From Felis catus (taxonomy: Eukaryota), in contig NC_058368.1 in assembly GCF_018350175.1 (NCBI RefSeq), positions 204,974,001 to 205,038,000 of the forward strand: a stretch of 64,000 nucleotides of DNA, in the 5' to 3' direction. The number at the start of each line of letters is the position of its first letter. Position 1 is the stretch's first letter. The translations under genes and the position numbers were made by a program. The notes under the pieces were generated by a model, which saw only the letters and a program-made list of their open reading frames with translations, made no database searches and had not been told where the DNA came from. This document shows, one piece after another, positions 63,326 through 64,000 of this stretch.

Positions 63326-64000
63326 CACTGTGAACTAGACTTCCATGACTGGGATCTCTGGTCTGGGTAACTGGCGGACGGTAAAGTCATTAACTGAACT
63401 AGGAGAGGCAGAGGAGGACAGTTTTGCTTGAGGGTAGAGAGAGACTTGAGGCTGCAATAAACACAACCTCAGACCTCAGATCAGAAAAGGCTCCAAGACA
63501 CAGAAGGGCTGTTGGAGTGTAGGTGTAAATAGGGACAAATAGCTATTTTTTATCTATGTATGAAGAGAGTTGCAGGGATAGAGTCCCAAGTGAGCATTCT
63601 TCTAGCATGACACTGCTTAGAGTGTGTGACAGTTTTGAGGAGTATTATTTCACTAAAGTCATTATAGATGTAAAAAATGCTTATTTGTTTGATGTTCTTA
63701 CTAACCTCTATCGAATAACATCTTATAAGGACATTTTAAAGCCCTTGTTTACTCATCAAAGAGTAACTGTTGTTTGCTCATTAAGATCAGTTAGTTTATG
63801 AAAACATCCTGCATTAGTACCAGATGTTTTCAGTGAGTTAGAGAAAGAGGTTGAACTACCAGAAATGATGTCTATGTTGAAATCTAGATGTAATTAAATG
63901 ACACTAGGTTGAAAACCCTATGTAATATCTTTCTGCATCATGTATGTAACTTATTCCTGTGCTGTGAAGATGAAACATCTTCATTTTTAAAGTTATATAA

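Overview
Eukaryotic, non-coding mammalian DNA, almost certainly from a felid (cat family): it carries about 21 tRNA-derived Can-SINEs of the feline type and carnivore-type L1s. No host protein-coding exon could be recognised. The main landmark is a CpG island (~24.3-26.0 kb) that looks like the promoter of an unidentified minus-strand gene. It shows three candidate alternative first-exon donors, a GGC-repeat polyglycine uORF, a probable non-coding leader exon at 17.1-17.4 kb and another strong acceptor at the very start of the window. A well-formed plus-strand exon at 26.8 kb suggests a divergent lncRNA. The rest is intronic or intergenic sequence full of repeats: a 3.45-kb 5'-truncated L1 with perfect TSDs, an ERVL-class provirus remnant, LTRs, L2/L3/MIR and a Tc1/mariner-type element nested in an MLT2 LTR. 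The most unusual items are (i) a TSD-flanked L1 copy that appears spliced (promoter joined straight into ORF1, start codon lost) and ends tail-less ~100 nt into ORF2, (ii) the polyglycine uORF and multi-exon leader, and (iii) an 82-bp tandem duplication whose junction is made of fold-back palindromes. I found no convincing evidence of a new multi-gene system. Repeat family names are from recognition by eye, and coordinates of old repeats are approximate.
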